64,000 nucleotides of DNA, from NCBI GenBank assembly GCA_964057225.1, contig OZ059896.1, positions 15,128,001 to 15,192,000 on the forward strand, in the 5' to 3' direction. Positions 26,201-40,247 of this stretch are shown here, one piece after another. Made by a program: the position numbers and the translations under genes. The number at the start of each line of letters is the position of its first letter. Position 1 is the stretch's first letter. This DNA comes from Auanema rhodensis. Taxonomy: Eukaryota; Animalia; Nematoda. Under the pieces are notes generated by a model that had not been told where the DNA came from, did not search any database, and was given only the letters and a program-made list of their open reading frames with translations.

Positions 26201-26841
26201 GAAACCATTTTGTGCTTTATTTTCACCTTTTGTGAACATTTAGAAATAATCTGTTGACTCTGTACTGAAACAAATTGTTCAACAACATCAGATCACCATC
26301 TTAAATCATTAAAAACCTAGGTAAGAGAGCTATCTTCCACTGGTCAAATAACCCAACAAACATTGATCCTTAGCCCCTATCGCTACCAACTAACACGACA
26401 CTCTGGTTCTTGTTTCCTCTTGTCCTCGAGTATGACACTACGATTTTTGATCAGAATACAGCCGATAATTCATAATCTTCCCAGTCTCTAATGGAAAGTT
26501 TAGCAGAAAGCTTTGTAAAGAAACGAAAATGCAGTGCCAGCTCGTGCCAGCGGTCATTTCTTAAGATAAGAAAATTTCTGATCCATCAGCACATCAGCTC
26601 CAAATACTAAACATGGGAGGGCCACTTTATCACAAAGTGGCATTTAAATAGCTGAAGACAAACAGTTGGCTTAATCACCATGTTCACTGTAATATGCCTA
26701 GACGATTGAGTTCTTTGAAATTCTATATTGATATGATAACTTAAAAATGCAGTGTGAAAATAATTTAATTAAGATAAGAGATAACAGTTAAACCGGTTCA
26801 GAATACAGTATGAACTTCTCAGGCTATTCACTGCGCCCATA

Positions 26842-27890
26842 TTATAAAGATCCAATTACAGCATCAAGCTCGACGTTAGATATGCGTTCAAACGTTCCAA
26901 TTTGTCTGCCTGTAAAAAAAATTGATGAACGCAAGTAGCATTATAAATATCTTACCTTTTTCGTCTTCTTTTGGCTTGATTACAACAACTTCAACATTGG
27001 CAGAGTTAAGTTTTTCTTCCATAACTTGTTTAAGAATAGCTAAAGACACCTTGAGAGCTTCATTAAGGCTCATATCCTAAAACAAAAAAAATGCTGACAA
27101 AACACACTGACAAACTAACGTCGTGGTATTGATCCTTCAAGTTTTGTTCAGCTCCGTCACTAGCCGCTCCGATCGACTGAAACTTGGATGTGAAAAAGAT
27201 CGTGTACTAATATCATACCTTAGCTTTGCAGTTAATGAAAGTTCCAGAGGGATCAAGATGGAAGAGTCTTGGCCCCTCTTGGTCAACACCAGCAAACAGC
27301 ATAGCAACTCCAAATGGACGAGACATAGAAGCCTGACAACAATTAAAATAATAAATAATAGAAAAGCAAAAATTACTTTAGCATCATCATCCCCAAATTG
27401 GAGGGCGATGTTAGCAACGGACTGAGTGACATCTTCAACACGAATCTTTCTGGAAAACACCAATTATACTGAAAACGTTTATTGAATACCTGTTGTAAGT
27501 AAACCAAAAGTTTTGAGCCTCAACTTGTGCTCTCTCAACAAGAGTACGAGAGTCAGCAATAAGACCAGCGAAGGTAACACCTTAAACACAGAACATATCA
27601 AGCAATGAACCACACAAATTACCGATATGTTCATCAACTTTACTAATTTTTTCGATAGCATCATTAACCATAAGTTTAGAGGTAGAACGTCTCTCAGCTG
27701 CTAAAAGAACTCCTTCATTTGTTTTAATTCCAATGCTAGTGGATCCCAACTGCAAATGATTTAATAGAAAACGAAAATAAAAGAATGACAAAACCTTAAC
27801 GGCTTCAATAGCATATTCAACTTGGAACAAACGACCTTCTGGAGAGAAAGTGTTAACTCCTCTATCGTATTCACTGCGTGTAAGAAACAT
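26842..27890 (-). CDS. pas-5: Proteasome subunit alpha type-5
   Basis: [32 protein letters not shown]|LGSTSIGI...ALQFGDDD...[14 protein letters not shown]. Confidence 0.97.
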
Positions 27891-28268
27891 ATTTTCTAAA
27901 TTAAGGAACTGAGCAAAGAATTTATTTACTAATAAAAGGTTTTCTAGTTTTGAATGAAAATTGAATGACAAACATACAGTCATCCAGATTACGAATAGAG
28001 CGTCAATTCTAGGTAGGTCAGTTTTTCACCAAATTTGTGTTAAAGAAAATATTCTTAATTGCCGATTTTCTTCAGCAATAGGACTAATATTGCCAAAAAT
28101 ATTTTCTGCACGTGTACTGACGAATATTTTTAGAAGGGAGAGTTTATTCCAATCATTTTTTCTCATTCTACAGATGTTGAGCGTTATTCCTCATCTTATC
28201 TTGCAATGTTTGATTAGTGCCACGAATTGGCATGTTCAACCACACTTAGTTGCTAAATTATAATCAAT

Positions 28269-28810
28269 ATGACTGAGTTTTCTGCATATTACTTAGGACA
28301 TTGCTTTGTCTCTCTTAAATCGAAAAAATCTGAGTTAGGTGAGATCAGATCAAACGAAGAAAGAGTCATCGACCAAATTGAAAATGAGCAAATAGAAGGC
28401 TCAATTCCAAGAGATAGTGAAGAAAAGATCGAGGTTTGAAACATTGTCAAAAACAAATTAATTGGCATTTTCAGAATCTTCTCCGGATTTCCAAGCAAGG
28501 TGTACATATTTTTGATTCGAAAAACAATCATGTTGTATCACGAATCCCATTGCTCCATTTAGTATTTACAGTTTCGTACTACGATGGACATAAAAAGTTA
28601 TTCCTCGTTTCTTTCCTCTACATTATATTCAATTTCAGTTATAATTCAGTAATTGTTGAAAAGGTTCGGGATAAAGATGATATGTGTTGCTGCCATGTTC
28701 TCCAAGTCTCGTCTTCCCAAAATGCCGAAAGAATCTGTGGAATGATAAAATCTCTTTTTGAGGATGTACAATCGGAACACCGTCGTTTTGACGATGAAAA
28801 TGATAGTTAA
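28269..28810 (+). CDS. icap-1: Integrin beta-1-binding protein 1 (ICAP-1) PTB-domain protein, 3 exons
   Basis: MTEFSAYYLG...VIDQIENEQIEGSIP...|NLLRISKQGVHI...RIPLLHLVFTVSYYDG...CHVLQVSSSQNAERICGMIKSLFEDV. Parallels remembered ICAP-1 segments EFRIKYVG, VSKYGIKV, VCYDDG and QCNSLEQAQAIC. Confidence 0.8.
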
Positions 28811-28915
28811 TAAATACTTTTTAGCCGAATTGTTTTTTTTTTGTTAAAAGGTCCAATGCTAAATATACATTTTTTTTTGGTTCATAGTTGTTGTATGTGA
28901 ATACTCTACTCGAAG

Positions 28916-31245
28916 ATGTGGGGAAACCGTTATGTTGCTCTTTTGGCCGCTCCTGCTTCAATTCTTACGCTGAAGCCTGATTCATTTACTCCCAAGTCTG
29001 TGAAACGGGAAAAATATAATAGAATACGAGAAAGAATTAAAGAGAAAGTTGTATCACATATAGTTACTGTTTCAATCGCTGTATGCGTTTACTCACAACA
29101 TTATTTTTAGATTACACAAGGAGTTCCAGGTCTTTCCATAGGAATTACTATAAATGGAAGAAGCTTTTACGCGGCGGGATACGGGTTTGCCAATGTTGAA
29201 ACACGAGCACCATGTACATCTTCAACAGTATTGCGACTTCAAGTTTCATGATTTACTCGTCCCCTTTAGGTGATGAGAGTTGGAAGTATAAGTAAACCAA
29301 TAACCTCCGCTATTGCTGCTCGAGCGGTGCAAAATGAAGTTCTGGATTTGGACAAGCCTATACAAGTAAGAACATTTGAATTACCTTAATTGAAACAGGA
29401 TTTCAGAATTATCTACCTGACTTTCCCGTAAAAGAGTTTAAAAAAAAAGACGTATGCATAACAACTCGTCAATTATTATCTCACATATCAGGAATACGTC
29501 ATTACGAAAAGGTAAGATTCAAAATATTTAATAGTAAACTACCCTCTGAATATACACTTTTGTACACGTAGCCATGAGGACAAACTATTTGAAAACAAAA
29601 ACAGAACAAATTCCAAAGCTTTCAATTACTATGCGTTCTTCTTGGATTGCTTCTTCTTATAATCATTCAAAGCAGCTTGAATGGCATCCTGGGCGAGCAC
29701 TAGAAAGAAAAAAAAACTCAAAATATTGAATAGGTTAACACATACTCGAACAATGCAACTTGACCGGAGGAAGGCAGAGCTCTTTGGCGATTTGGTCATT
29801 CTTGATGTCAGCAGCATATTCAATTGTTTTTCCATTGATCCATTCTGTAGCTAAGCTGCTTGAAGCAATAGCAGAACCACATCCGAATGTTTTGAACTTA
29901 GCATCAATGATTTTTCCATTTTCGTCAACCTATGTCTCTCTATTAGCTACGGAATTAGAAAATTAATACCTTGATTTGAAGTTTCATTACATCACCACAA
30001 GCAGGAGCACCTACAATTCCGGTGCCAACCGATGGGTCATTTTTATCCAAAGATCCAACATTTCTTGGGTTTTCGTAATGATCGATTACCTTTAAATACA
30101 CTTAAGATTGCCTAGAAATGAATTCATGTATACCTTTTCATGGTATCTTGCTACAGAAGAAGTAACAGGATTAAAAGCTTTATTAGTTAAACGGGCGGAT
30201 TGAAAAGCTAGTTTATACATTGCTTGAATAATCTTATTCAGAACTCAATATAAGCAGACGGTTATGTTATACGCTATCGCGTTTTTTATCACGAGAGCTT
30301 GTAAACAACGTGCTGGTTGTAAACGTCGTACACATTACAGAAGAAACGTGAAGGTGATCTTGAAGAATCTACGAGTACTCAACAACCGGAGTTTTTCCTG
30401 AACAAAAAATTTAAAAAGGTTTCCGATGCTCTGGAGCTATTCAAAAATGATGAATTGTTAGCTGAGCCTGGAAAAGAATTTAAGTAAGTTTGTTAAGTAA
30501 AAAAAGCTATATTCTTATTTTATTCAGTTACACTACCCACGGGTTTACTATTGTTAGCGCAATATTGGAGAAGGCTTATGGTTTGGAATTTCCTAAATTG
30601 ATTAAACAATTCTGTCAAAACCTGGGACTACATAATACTTTTCTTGATGATAACAAAAAAGTGATTCCTAATAGAACTAGGTAGTGGTTACAATTGTTTC
30701 TAACTGTGATTGCTCGTTCAGTTACTATGTTCGTTCAAAACGTGTCTTAGAGAATTGTCCTGAAGTAGATAACTCCTACAAATGGGCTGGTGGAGGACTT
30801 CTTTCTAATGTACGCGATTTGCTTGTTTTCGGAAATGCTATGATGTACAGGTATATTCATATCCATGTTTCTGTTTATTTCCTAACGTTTTAGTTTTCAA
30901 TGTGACTCTCGCCAGTCTTTCATTCGAAAGCATGTGCTAGACGAATTTTGGAAGGGGGACATTGATGTAGATAATCAAACGAAAGCAGCTTTAGGATGGA
31001 TGAAAATTGAAAAGGAATTGGTGTGTGGAATCGATGATAAAGATTCATCACCTATATGGTATCATACTGGTGCTGCTGTTGGGGCCTCATCTGTTCTCCT
31101 CATCAGCCCCAATAGAGCCCATTTAGAACCTCAAAACTCAAAAAATCCTGATGGTATTTGTATTGTTATGCTATGTAATCTGCAGGATAATTCATTACTT
31201 GCCTTAGCTCGCGATATTGAAAGTATACTACGTGATGAAATGTAA
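28916..31245 (+). CDS. LACTB: Serine beta-lactamase-like protein, LACTB type
   Basis: [10 protein letters not shown] (SxxK), [51 protein letters not shown]. An 829-nt intron lies at 29512-30340. Confidence 0.92.
29629..30220 (-). CDS. iscu-1: Mitochondrial Fe-S cluster scaffold ISCU, 4 exons, nested antisense in a LACTB intron
   Basis: [11 protein letters not shown]...YHEK|[13 protein letters not shown]...[14 protein letters not shown]|...[14 protein letters not shown]...LPPVKLHCS|...[11 protein letters not shown]. Confidence 0.97.
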
Positions 31246-31356
31246 TGAAAACTTTATTAAGACTTGCAAACAAACACTTACGAACATGTATATGCAATAC
31301 AGAATTATTTGAGATATCTCAGATGAATAGAAAGTTCAGGATGTAGCGAATGCAGA

Positions 31357-34300
31357 TTATTGAACTTCTTGTTTACCTTCCAATTCGATAATCTAAAACA
31401 TAGTAGGACTATGAGATATAACGCAAGATGTTTACTTTTTCACGGATTTTCTCGAACTGGTAGGACAGATTTGGGTATAAGAATGGACGGTGATCATTTC
31501 TATGATCGTCAGGGCTGTATTCCACGGCATGATAAGCTATAATTACACATAATAATGAACTACGAGGGAACGAACATACCTGGGGTAGCAACGGTTGCCT
31601 TATGCCGATTAACTCGATAACGCCAAAAGAAACGGGAGACCTTCTCTTCAATCTGTTACGAAGGAAAAACTGATTCAGATGTTTGGAAGCTAACCTTTTT
31701 ATAGCTATAGTTTGGGTGCCAAAGAGAGACCAAGCGTAGAAACATCATGTAAGGGCCCATTCCGCCTGGGCGCCTCAATGTACCAAGGAGAGAAAGCTCG
31801 TCATAGGTTAAGCCAATCTCTTCCTGAATTTTTAATTTGCGGATAGCAAACACAAAAAAGACAGAATACCTCATCATGCTGAGCAATCTGCCCTTCCACT
31901 AGTGGACGAAGTTCGGCTGTCGGGAGAGAGTCAATAATGCTATATAAGCAACTTATAAGATATACATCTCTCTAAACATACGGTTGTAGTGAAGAAATTC
32001 CATGTTCTTTTTTAGCTGTAGCTAAGAATGCTCGTAGATCTTTTTTACTGATTGAACCAATAGGATTTATGTCAGCGGATGAACAATCATACTTGGTGGC
32101 GTATCCAACTAAGCTGAATTGTTTTCGATATGTTTCAATATTACAGTATAAATAAAAACCATTCGTCAACATTCGATGTTCCCAAAACCAAGAGAGATCC
32201 TGGCCGATTTTTAGCTACTAGTATCAATTGAGCAAACAAGTAAGATAAAACCATTCTGATTCTGGCTTGTAAATTTTGAATGGCCAAATGCTCACGAGTA
32301 TCAGAGCTCTGAAGTTTGAACTTTGAGGCTTGGTTTTGCTTTTATTAATTTTTCATAGTGCAAAAAAAAATTGTTATGAAATAGGGAATTTTTTTTTTGA
32401 AATTTCATAAAAAGTGAGTTCACCTCGAAACTAGGCAACAGCCCCAATGCAAGTCGTAGTAAAGTCAAACAGGCGGCAACAACCATATCAATACCAATGC
32501 TAATTAGACAAACGTATAATAATTTCTTTAACTCAAGAAAAACCTGAAGTGGAAAGAGTTGATTTCTTTAGCAAGATTATTAGCACACTGTTTAGTATGT
32601 TCTGATGAATGCTCAGAAAACAGATAGCAAGTGAAGAGAATCTGGAAAATAGTTTTATTTATGTTTGAACTTCTAACTAACTTGGTTGCATAATTCTTCA
32701 GGATCCTCTCCCACTTTCTTATTATGCAAATAATATGCAGGGTCATCTTCTGGAAATATATTTATTTTAATCCTTAAAAAACTACTTTGACTAACTTTGT
32801 TCCAAACGACTTTTCTTCACTGATTCACAAACTTTGTTACACATTAATCGGACCATAGTAGCTACTGAAGCACTATCCTGACCCCCCGACAGAGGAATAA
32901 AAAATCCTCCCTAAAACCTTTCAAATTATTATTTAATTTGATTTTATCAAACCATCCCACTGCGTCGTAAATAATGCCAGAGCCAAGCAGGTGGTCCTTT
33001 GCATAGTTCGTCAGTCGGAGAAAGTTGCAACTTTTCCACATATTTAATTGGTTGAGATAATGGCTCTAACAAAAGGGATTCATCGACCATGTTACCAGAT
33101 GAACGCACTATGCAGTCTACCTCTGGCATTTTCGCACTCTGTAACCCAAAAAAGTGGCATAAACAATTCTCGTAAACTTTGTTATACGTCATAACAAGAG
33201 CTGGATTTCTTGTGCCGAAATGTTAGGGTGGCATTAAAATCAACAATAGCGGTCTCCACACACTGAAAGAGAGTCAAACCAAGATTCTTTGCTTCTTTTA
33301 TACCGTGTCTTCTATATCAAACTGATTAATTTGAGCTAAAAGTTGTCCATTCTGGGCAATAGATGATGCTCCATCGTAATAGACACGATCTCCATCACAT
33401 CCTCGATGATTACTGTATAAATATACACCTCCAGTCTTTATATAGAATAGAACTTGAAGTTTAACATTAAAGTAGAAGTAACCTTTTGACTACTCCCAAC
33501 GATTAGCTGATTAATTCTATAATTAGACTTTCCAAGTATATGATGACTTCCGCTGCTGTTGCAAATAATGTCCACTCCAAGCAGAGCTAAAGAAGTATGA
33601 GGTCTACAAGGTTTACCAATTAGTTGTTTAATGTTTCTGAGTTCTCACGATGCTGTTGTCCATAATTCTTCACAAATTTCAAAACCAACTTTGACACCAT
33701 CGGCAGAAACAATTATTCCATCACCAAAAGGAACAATTTTCTATCAGAAAAATTTATTGTAATATTACGGTTTATCTATAAAACCTGAGTAAAACCGAAA
33801 TTTTGGTTCAAATGAAACGTTGTCAATGTAAGTGGTTGCGACCATCGTGAAAACCACCTTGACTCTCGATATACATCATCATCACACAAAGACATCTTTG
33901 GGCGAATGAGAAGAATTTGACTAAAACTGCTTGTCAAACAAAATTTCTAAGATAAACTATTATTACCCATTCTGAACAGAAACCATGCAATTATATAAAA
34001 TCATTCTGTGTCTAATTGGCATTCCCGTCACAATTAACAGATTTGGCCACTAAACAACTTGTTTACAACTAGCTTCAACTCAATTTTATCTACCTCAATC
34101 GATTTCGAAACAATTTTTTGCAGACATTCCCAAGCATGAAGCTCTGTATCAAGTTCGAAGAAGTGATCTGCACAACCATAACCAGTAATTTCTAACTCTG
34201 GACCCAAACGAATAACTGCTCCAGCTTGAGCAGCTTGTTCACAAGCTAAACAATAAGTTTAACATGCTAAGCTTACATTAGGTTATACTTTTTAATATTC

Positions 34301-34382
34301 GTAGAATATTTCCATTGAAGTCTAATGCCCAGTTATTGACAGTGCAAACAGCAAGTTTACTTTTCCGCACCCAGCCTGACAT
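31357..34382 (-). CDS. qns-1: Glutamine-dependent NAD+ synthetase
   Basis: [92 protein letters not shown]. Confidence 0.96.
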
Positions 34383-34841
34383 TCCCTATTTTCATAATTA
34401 GAAACAGAGAAACCGGAAAAACCAATAATATACAAGAGTTATTCAACTATAAGAAAAATAACGAATGAAAGAGAAAATTTATTGAAAGAGAATAAATAAA
34501 ATATAAAAAAACTAAAAAAATAAATTACTACTGATGTATAAGTTTCATCATGAATCAAGGAAAACCCCGTTAGGAAAAGAAATACGAATAATCGAAGCGA
34601 GAAAGGTGCAGGTTTGGGTTTAGTGCATACATCTCCCTAACATTACTAAGTCAAGCGAAAAAAATTCAACAACCTTAATCTAAAAGTAGTTTAAAATGCG
34701 AATTGAAAACAGTAGCTGTCATACTTACAATCACAAAGCATAACGATTTTATCGACCACAGGCCCAAAGGATAGAAATTGTATAAATTAAAAGCTTAGGA
34801 GCTCGCATTAGAGTAGGAATAAAACTGTTAACAAATAAAAC

Positions 34842-36423
34842 TTAATTCTTCTTCTTAGTCTTCAATGAAACATCAACAGTTTCATCTTCCTGAAAAATAA
34901 GAATTACCTCAAATTAAATCAAAAAATTTCTTACAGAGTCTTCCTGTTTAGCTTTCTTAAGAGGCTTAGTAGCTAGAGTAGGCTTTTTCTTCTCAACCTT
35001 CTTACGGCTGTTATCCCTAGAACAACAATTTAAGAACATTGATTGAAAACTTCTTACTTGAATCGTCTGATGTGGAATGAGATAAAGTTCCAAAGTTGAA
35101 GAAGTTGAAGGAAAAGAACGGTGAAGAGACAATTAATTCTATAATAAAAAGGCATAAAGCATTTAAAAAAAACACGTACCTGACATATGTAGTATTATAG
35201 TTACCAGTAGAGACATCGATGTAAGCAGCTTCTGATTGACGAAGTCCATACCAGAAAATAGTTACAGTGAGAACAGTGGAGGCCAATCGAACAGCAACAA
35301 AAAGAATATTCCAGATTTTGAAACTAAATAGTATATATGTGCAAAAAAAACAAAAAAAAGCACTTACGCTGGCTTGGCAATACTTTTCTTTTCAGTGAAA
35401 TAGGCAATTCTGGCGATATGGAAGATAGTTTGAGATATATATTCGAGGAAAAGAAGAACAGTAGCGATACGGAGGAAGCTGAGATTTGAAACATTATTAA
35501 AATTAAAATAATCAATTTTACTTCATGATGTAGGCAGCTCCAATGAATGCAATGTAGATAACAGATATAAAGGTGCGTTGACGCATTTCATCCTTCTTGA
35601 ACTTCTACAACAGCAAGGAATAATGAAAACAATAACTACAGTGTTAAACCTGGAAATAGAATTCAGGGAACTGATGAAGCCAATAAGCGATTTGAAGGAT
35701 GGCGAACAATTTAGCATTAAGAGACATCCATTTGTGATCCTCAGGGTATCCGAGCCAAATTCTATAAACAAAAATCAAACATAAAGCAAAAGGCAAAAAA
35801 AAACTGACCTCTTTATATCAGAATAGGTTTGAATGAATTCCATTATGACGTATGCAGCATGGATAGCAGAATAAGCAGCAAAGATAACATGATGGCCAGA
35901 CTCAGTGAATTTGAAAGTCTTTACTTTGGATAGATGTGCCTTCAAATTGAGAAAATAGATAAGCAGAAATTAAAAATAAATAAAACCTTTCTTTGGAACT
36001 TGTCAAGAATGTATTCTTGAATAACGGCATGCACAACAATCCAGGCAACAGTATAGAAGAAAATGGTACAGAGATCTTTTAAACCATTAACGTAAACAGT
36101 AACATTAGTAGCACCTTAATAACAAAAAATACATAAAGCAAAAAAATAATAATTACGAACCACCCTCAGTATTTACAGAAACAGTTTGGTTGTACTGAGG
36201 AGCGACAAACCAAGCGGATATGGAAGACGTAGCCTGAAATATAATTATAAATATTCGAATACTTATATTAGAGTATTACGGGAAACATAAGCCCAACAAC
36301 AAAGAGCATTAGCACACAGCTCATGATATCTCCATGATTTTGGATAACAAAGTCATGGCTCAAAATTGGAGGAGTAGTCTTTTTTTGGCGTCCGCCAGTT
36401 GTACGCCTGATTTCCGCTCCCAT
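34842..36423 (-). CDS. tram-1: Translocating chain-associated membrane protein (TRAM)
   Basis: PPILSHDFVIQNHGDIMSC, KDLCTIFFY, HAVIQEYILDK, KFTESGH, TIFWYGL, Lys-rich C-terminus KTKKKN*. Probable 5'-UTR intron with donor near 36560. Confidence 0.93.
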
Positions 36424-36723
36424 ACCTGAGTCAATAAAATTAGAACCTGCCTAAAGTGTTTCAGGAATAACTAATACAGTATAACACAAAGGATTAAAAA
36501 TAGAAGCTAACATGATTAAGCATGATTTTTGTTGATTACAAGTGTTGGAATAGAACTCACTTTACCAGAATTGAAAAGATTTGACACTCGGGCACGTACA
36601 CGGAAATTGGTCTCGTAACGACTACGTGTAGTTTGGTACGGTTAGCAAATTGCGGGATTTTAAAAGTAGTTATTTTTATTAGATTTTTTCATCAAAAGAA
36701 TCAAAAATAGCTTAATTATTACT

Positions 36724-37209
36724 ATGGGACCAAAAAAAGATAATTCTGGGAAGCTTCATGTATTAGATTCTCATAAACGAATTAATTTTCTTCACCAGGG
36801 AGCCGCCCATATTTCTCTGCAAAGTTGGTTTAATTTATAAAGCAATTATTATTTCTTTGTTCAGGTTTAAATAATAATGATGGATTTTCAAAAATTTCTA
36901 GATTAATTTGTAAACAAATAAGAGAGGTTTTGAACACAGAAAGAGTTAAAGTCCATCCAGATTTTACTAGAACCATTTGCAAGAAATGTAGACAAATGCT
37001 GATTGCTAAAGTATTACTAAATGTAAATATGCACTTATGGTAAACTATTTCAGATTCCTCGATGTGAGCTAAAATTAATTCAAAAAAAGATAATGCAGAG
37101 GAAATGTCTTCACTGCAATCATACTCAAAATTATGAGATTAATAGAAGTTATTTATCAAGAAACGAGAAGTCATCTTCCGAAAAAAATGAAAATAAAAAT
37201 CAAGAATAA
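36724..37209 (+). CDS. RPP21: RNase P subunit RPP21/Rpr2, 3 exons
   Basis: KRINFLHQGA...FTRTICKKCRQMLI...RKCLHCNHTQ, with two CxxC pairs. Missed by the ORF track. Confidence 0.85.
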
Positions 37210-37329
37210 TAAATGTATATACTTAATAATATAAATATTACAACTTTTAAATCTTTATTACCGTCTGTAGTTTTAACTAAGGATTATCCCATTTTTAATA
37301 ATCAAATATTTTGAGTAAGAGTGTTTAGC

Positions 37330-39711
37330 ATGGCCAACTTGGCGGAGACGGATCTGGAGGTGGAAACCGAAAAGTTAAAATCAGTATGCTTGGTACATGA
37401 ATAAGTTTTGCTAATTTACAAGTCATTTTTCCGTTTTAGAATGATAAGGCAAATGAAGGAATAATAAGAGATGGTACTGCTCCGATAAAAGCTGAATATT
37501 TGCTTCCAGTATTGTGAAATATTAGTAATGGAAATGATTTTTGTTTTTAGCGTGAAGAATGGCCAGTAATGCAAACAGAAGGTAGTAATGATAGGGAGAA
37601 AAAATCGGAAAAAAGAGGAAGGAAGGGAATGAACAAGAATAGAAGGTTTTTTTTTGCCGCTGGCGTAATGAAGGCAAGTTAATTATTAAGAAAAGAAATG
37701 AAGCAAGCAGAAACTATTATTCGAGCTTCGTCTGTTCGTTTGTGCCCGTCTGTGATTCAGCCAGTTCAATGCAAGTAAGTATGCTTTTTCTAAACTATTC
37801 TGAAATAATCAAATAGATATGGAGAGAAATGCACATCTGAGCATGATATTAAGAAGTTCTTGGAGCAAAAGTCTGAGGATATTGCTGATTATTGTCCTCT
37901 CTATGACGCCCGTGGATCATGTCCATTTAGTTATGCTTGTCGTTTTGGATCAGTTCATATGGGGGAAGATGGCTCTCAGTTAGTGAAAGTAAGATGATTG
38001 AATACTAGTTATATTTATGTTGTATAATATATTACGCAACCGGTTACTCGGAAATTTAAAGAGAAAAATGATTAGCATATCTTCGAAAATTTGCAGGAAC
38101 CATCAGAGCCTTATTTAGAGGTTCAAAATACTTCTACAATTCATATCCAGATTGCCTTGAGAAAGCATGCTTATGATTTCAAGTCTGCTGATGAGGTGTG
38201 TATGCTGTATGGAGATCATATAATAATAATGAAGTATAGGCTATGGCTGCAGTTAAAGAAGGAAAAATCGGAAGTATGGAACCGGAAAAACGAAAATTAG
38301 ATATGAAAACCTTGAAAGGCAAGAAATACTTAGCTCCTCTCACTACTGTGGTATGATTTTTTCGCGTTTAAATGAAGTTAATATGTTTTTTCAGGGAAAT
38401 CTACCTTTTAGAAGAATATGTGTTGGTTTAGGCGCTGATATAACTTGTGGTGAGATGGCCTTAGCTACTAGTCTTCTCTCAGGTATAAATCATTGTTTTT
38501 TTTTTTACTATTTGCATGTTCAAGGAGCTGCTTCTGAATATTCTCTTGTGAAGAGACATCCATCAGAAAAAATATTTGGAGTACAACTCACTGGAGGATT
38601 CCCGGACACTATGTCAAAAGCTGCGCAAATTTTAACTAATGAGTTTGAGGTGTGTTGCTTACTTTTTTAATTATTTAATTTTAAAATTTTTAGATTGATT
38701 TCATTGATATTAATATGGGATGTCCTATTGATGTTATTAATGATAAAGGTGGCGGATGTGCTTTAGCCTCTCGTACTAAAAAAATGACTGAAGGTATTCT
38801 TATTTTGGATTCTTTTGATGCTTCACGGATTTTCTAGTTGTAACCGCTATGCGTCATGTTATGAGAGATACACCTTTGACCGTAAAAGTCAGAACAGGCT
38901 TGAAAGAAAATGTTTTAACTGCACACGAAACTATTAAAGCTTTAACAGGACTTGGTACTTTTTCACCTGACTTAATTACTCTGCACCCTCGCAGCAAGTA
39001 TTGTAATATACATTTTAACCTCTTTATTTTTTTTTATTCAGGGAGCAGCGGTACACTCATCTTGCTAGATGGGATTTTGTTCCTACTTGTGCTGAAGCAT
39101 CTGGGGAAGTTCCTCTTTGGGCATGTGGTGATGTTTTGAGCTGGGAAAACTATTATGAAGTAGTGTAATGCGCAGTGGAAAGAGTTCTTTGTTTTTTTCA
39201 GAGGTTAAATGAAAATCAAATTGAAGGAATTATGATTGGAAGAGGTGCTTTGATCAAACCCTGGCTTTTCACTGAAATCGATGAACGAAGAACATGGGAT
39301 ATCTCAGCAACTGAAAGATTTGACATAATCAAAAAGTTTTTAAATATTTTTTATTCTTAAACTTCCTTTTTTCAGATTCGCGGATTATGGTTTAGATCAT
39401 TGGGGGAGTGATGATGCTGGTATTGAAAGAACTCGTCGTTTCCTTTTAGAATGGTTGTCATTTACATGCAGGTATTGTATTTTATATTTCAATTTCATAT
39501 TTATTGTTTCAGATATATACCCGTTGGATTACTAGAAGTATTACCGCAGAAGATGAATGATAGACCACCATATTTCAAGGGAAGAAATGAACTTGAAACA
39601 TTATTGGCAAGTGGTCGTGCTGCTGATTGGATTGAAATATCCCGTCGAGTTTTGGGACCTACACCTGAAGGATTTACCTTCATTCCTAAGCACAAAGCTA
39701 GTTCTTATTGA
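37330..39711 (+). CDS. DUS3L: tRNA-dihydrouridine(47) synthase DUS3L
   Basis: [10 protein letters not shown], two CCCH fingers, YLAPLTTV|[39 protein letters not shown]...[18 protein letters not shown]. Confidence 0.95.
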
Positions 39712-40247
39712 TTTCCTTTGTTGATGTTGTTGATATTGTTCTTTTAAATTTTTAAATATATTTTTATTTTTTCCAAATGTTTTTTTGTTGAACATAAAAG
39801 AAGATACGGTTTAAACAGATTAATAATATAAAACTATTAACTAAAATTATTTTACATTACATATTAAAATAACCTGTAAAATTATGCTTTTGAAAGTCGG
39901 CAAGAGCATAGCTGTATATTATTAAAGAAATTTTTAAATTTTGAATATAGAAATTATAGAACTTTTTACGCGGGTTCAAACGATATATTATTAATTTATA
40001 ATCGATTGATTGAATATTAATGATTAATTATTATTTTTTAATTCATAAAATTCTCCAAAAAGTTTTCAGAAACTCATTTGCTGAACATAGAAATCGAAAT
40101 TGTCAAGTTTTGGGAAAGTCGCAAATAATCGTTAGTCATTTTTATTCAGAAAGCGATTTTTTTTCCAAAATTTTGTTGATGTTTTAGATGTACGTCTTTT
40201 TCGGTTACTTTTGAAAAGTATATAATTTTTTGAGCTTTCTTGCAAAA

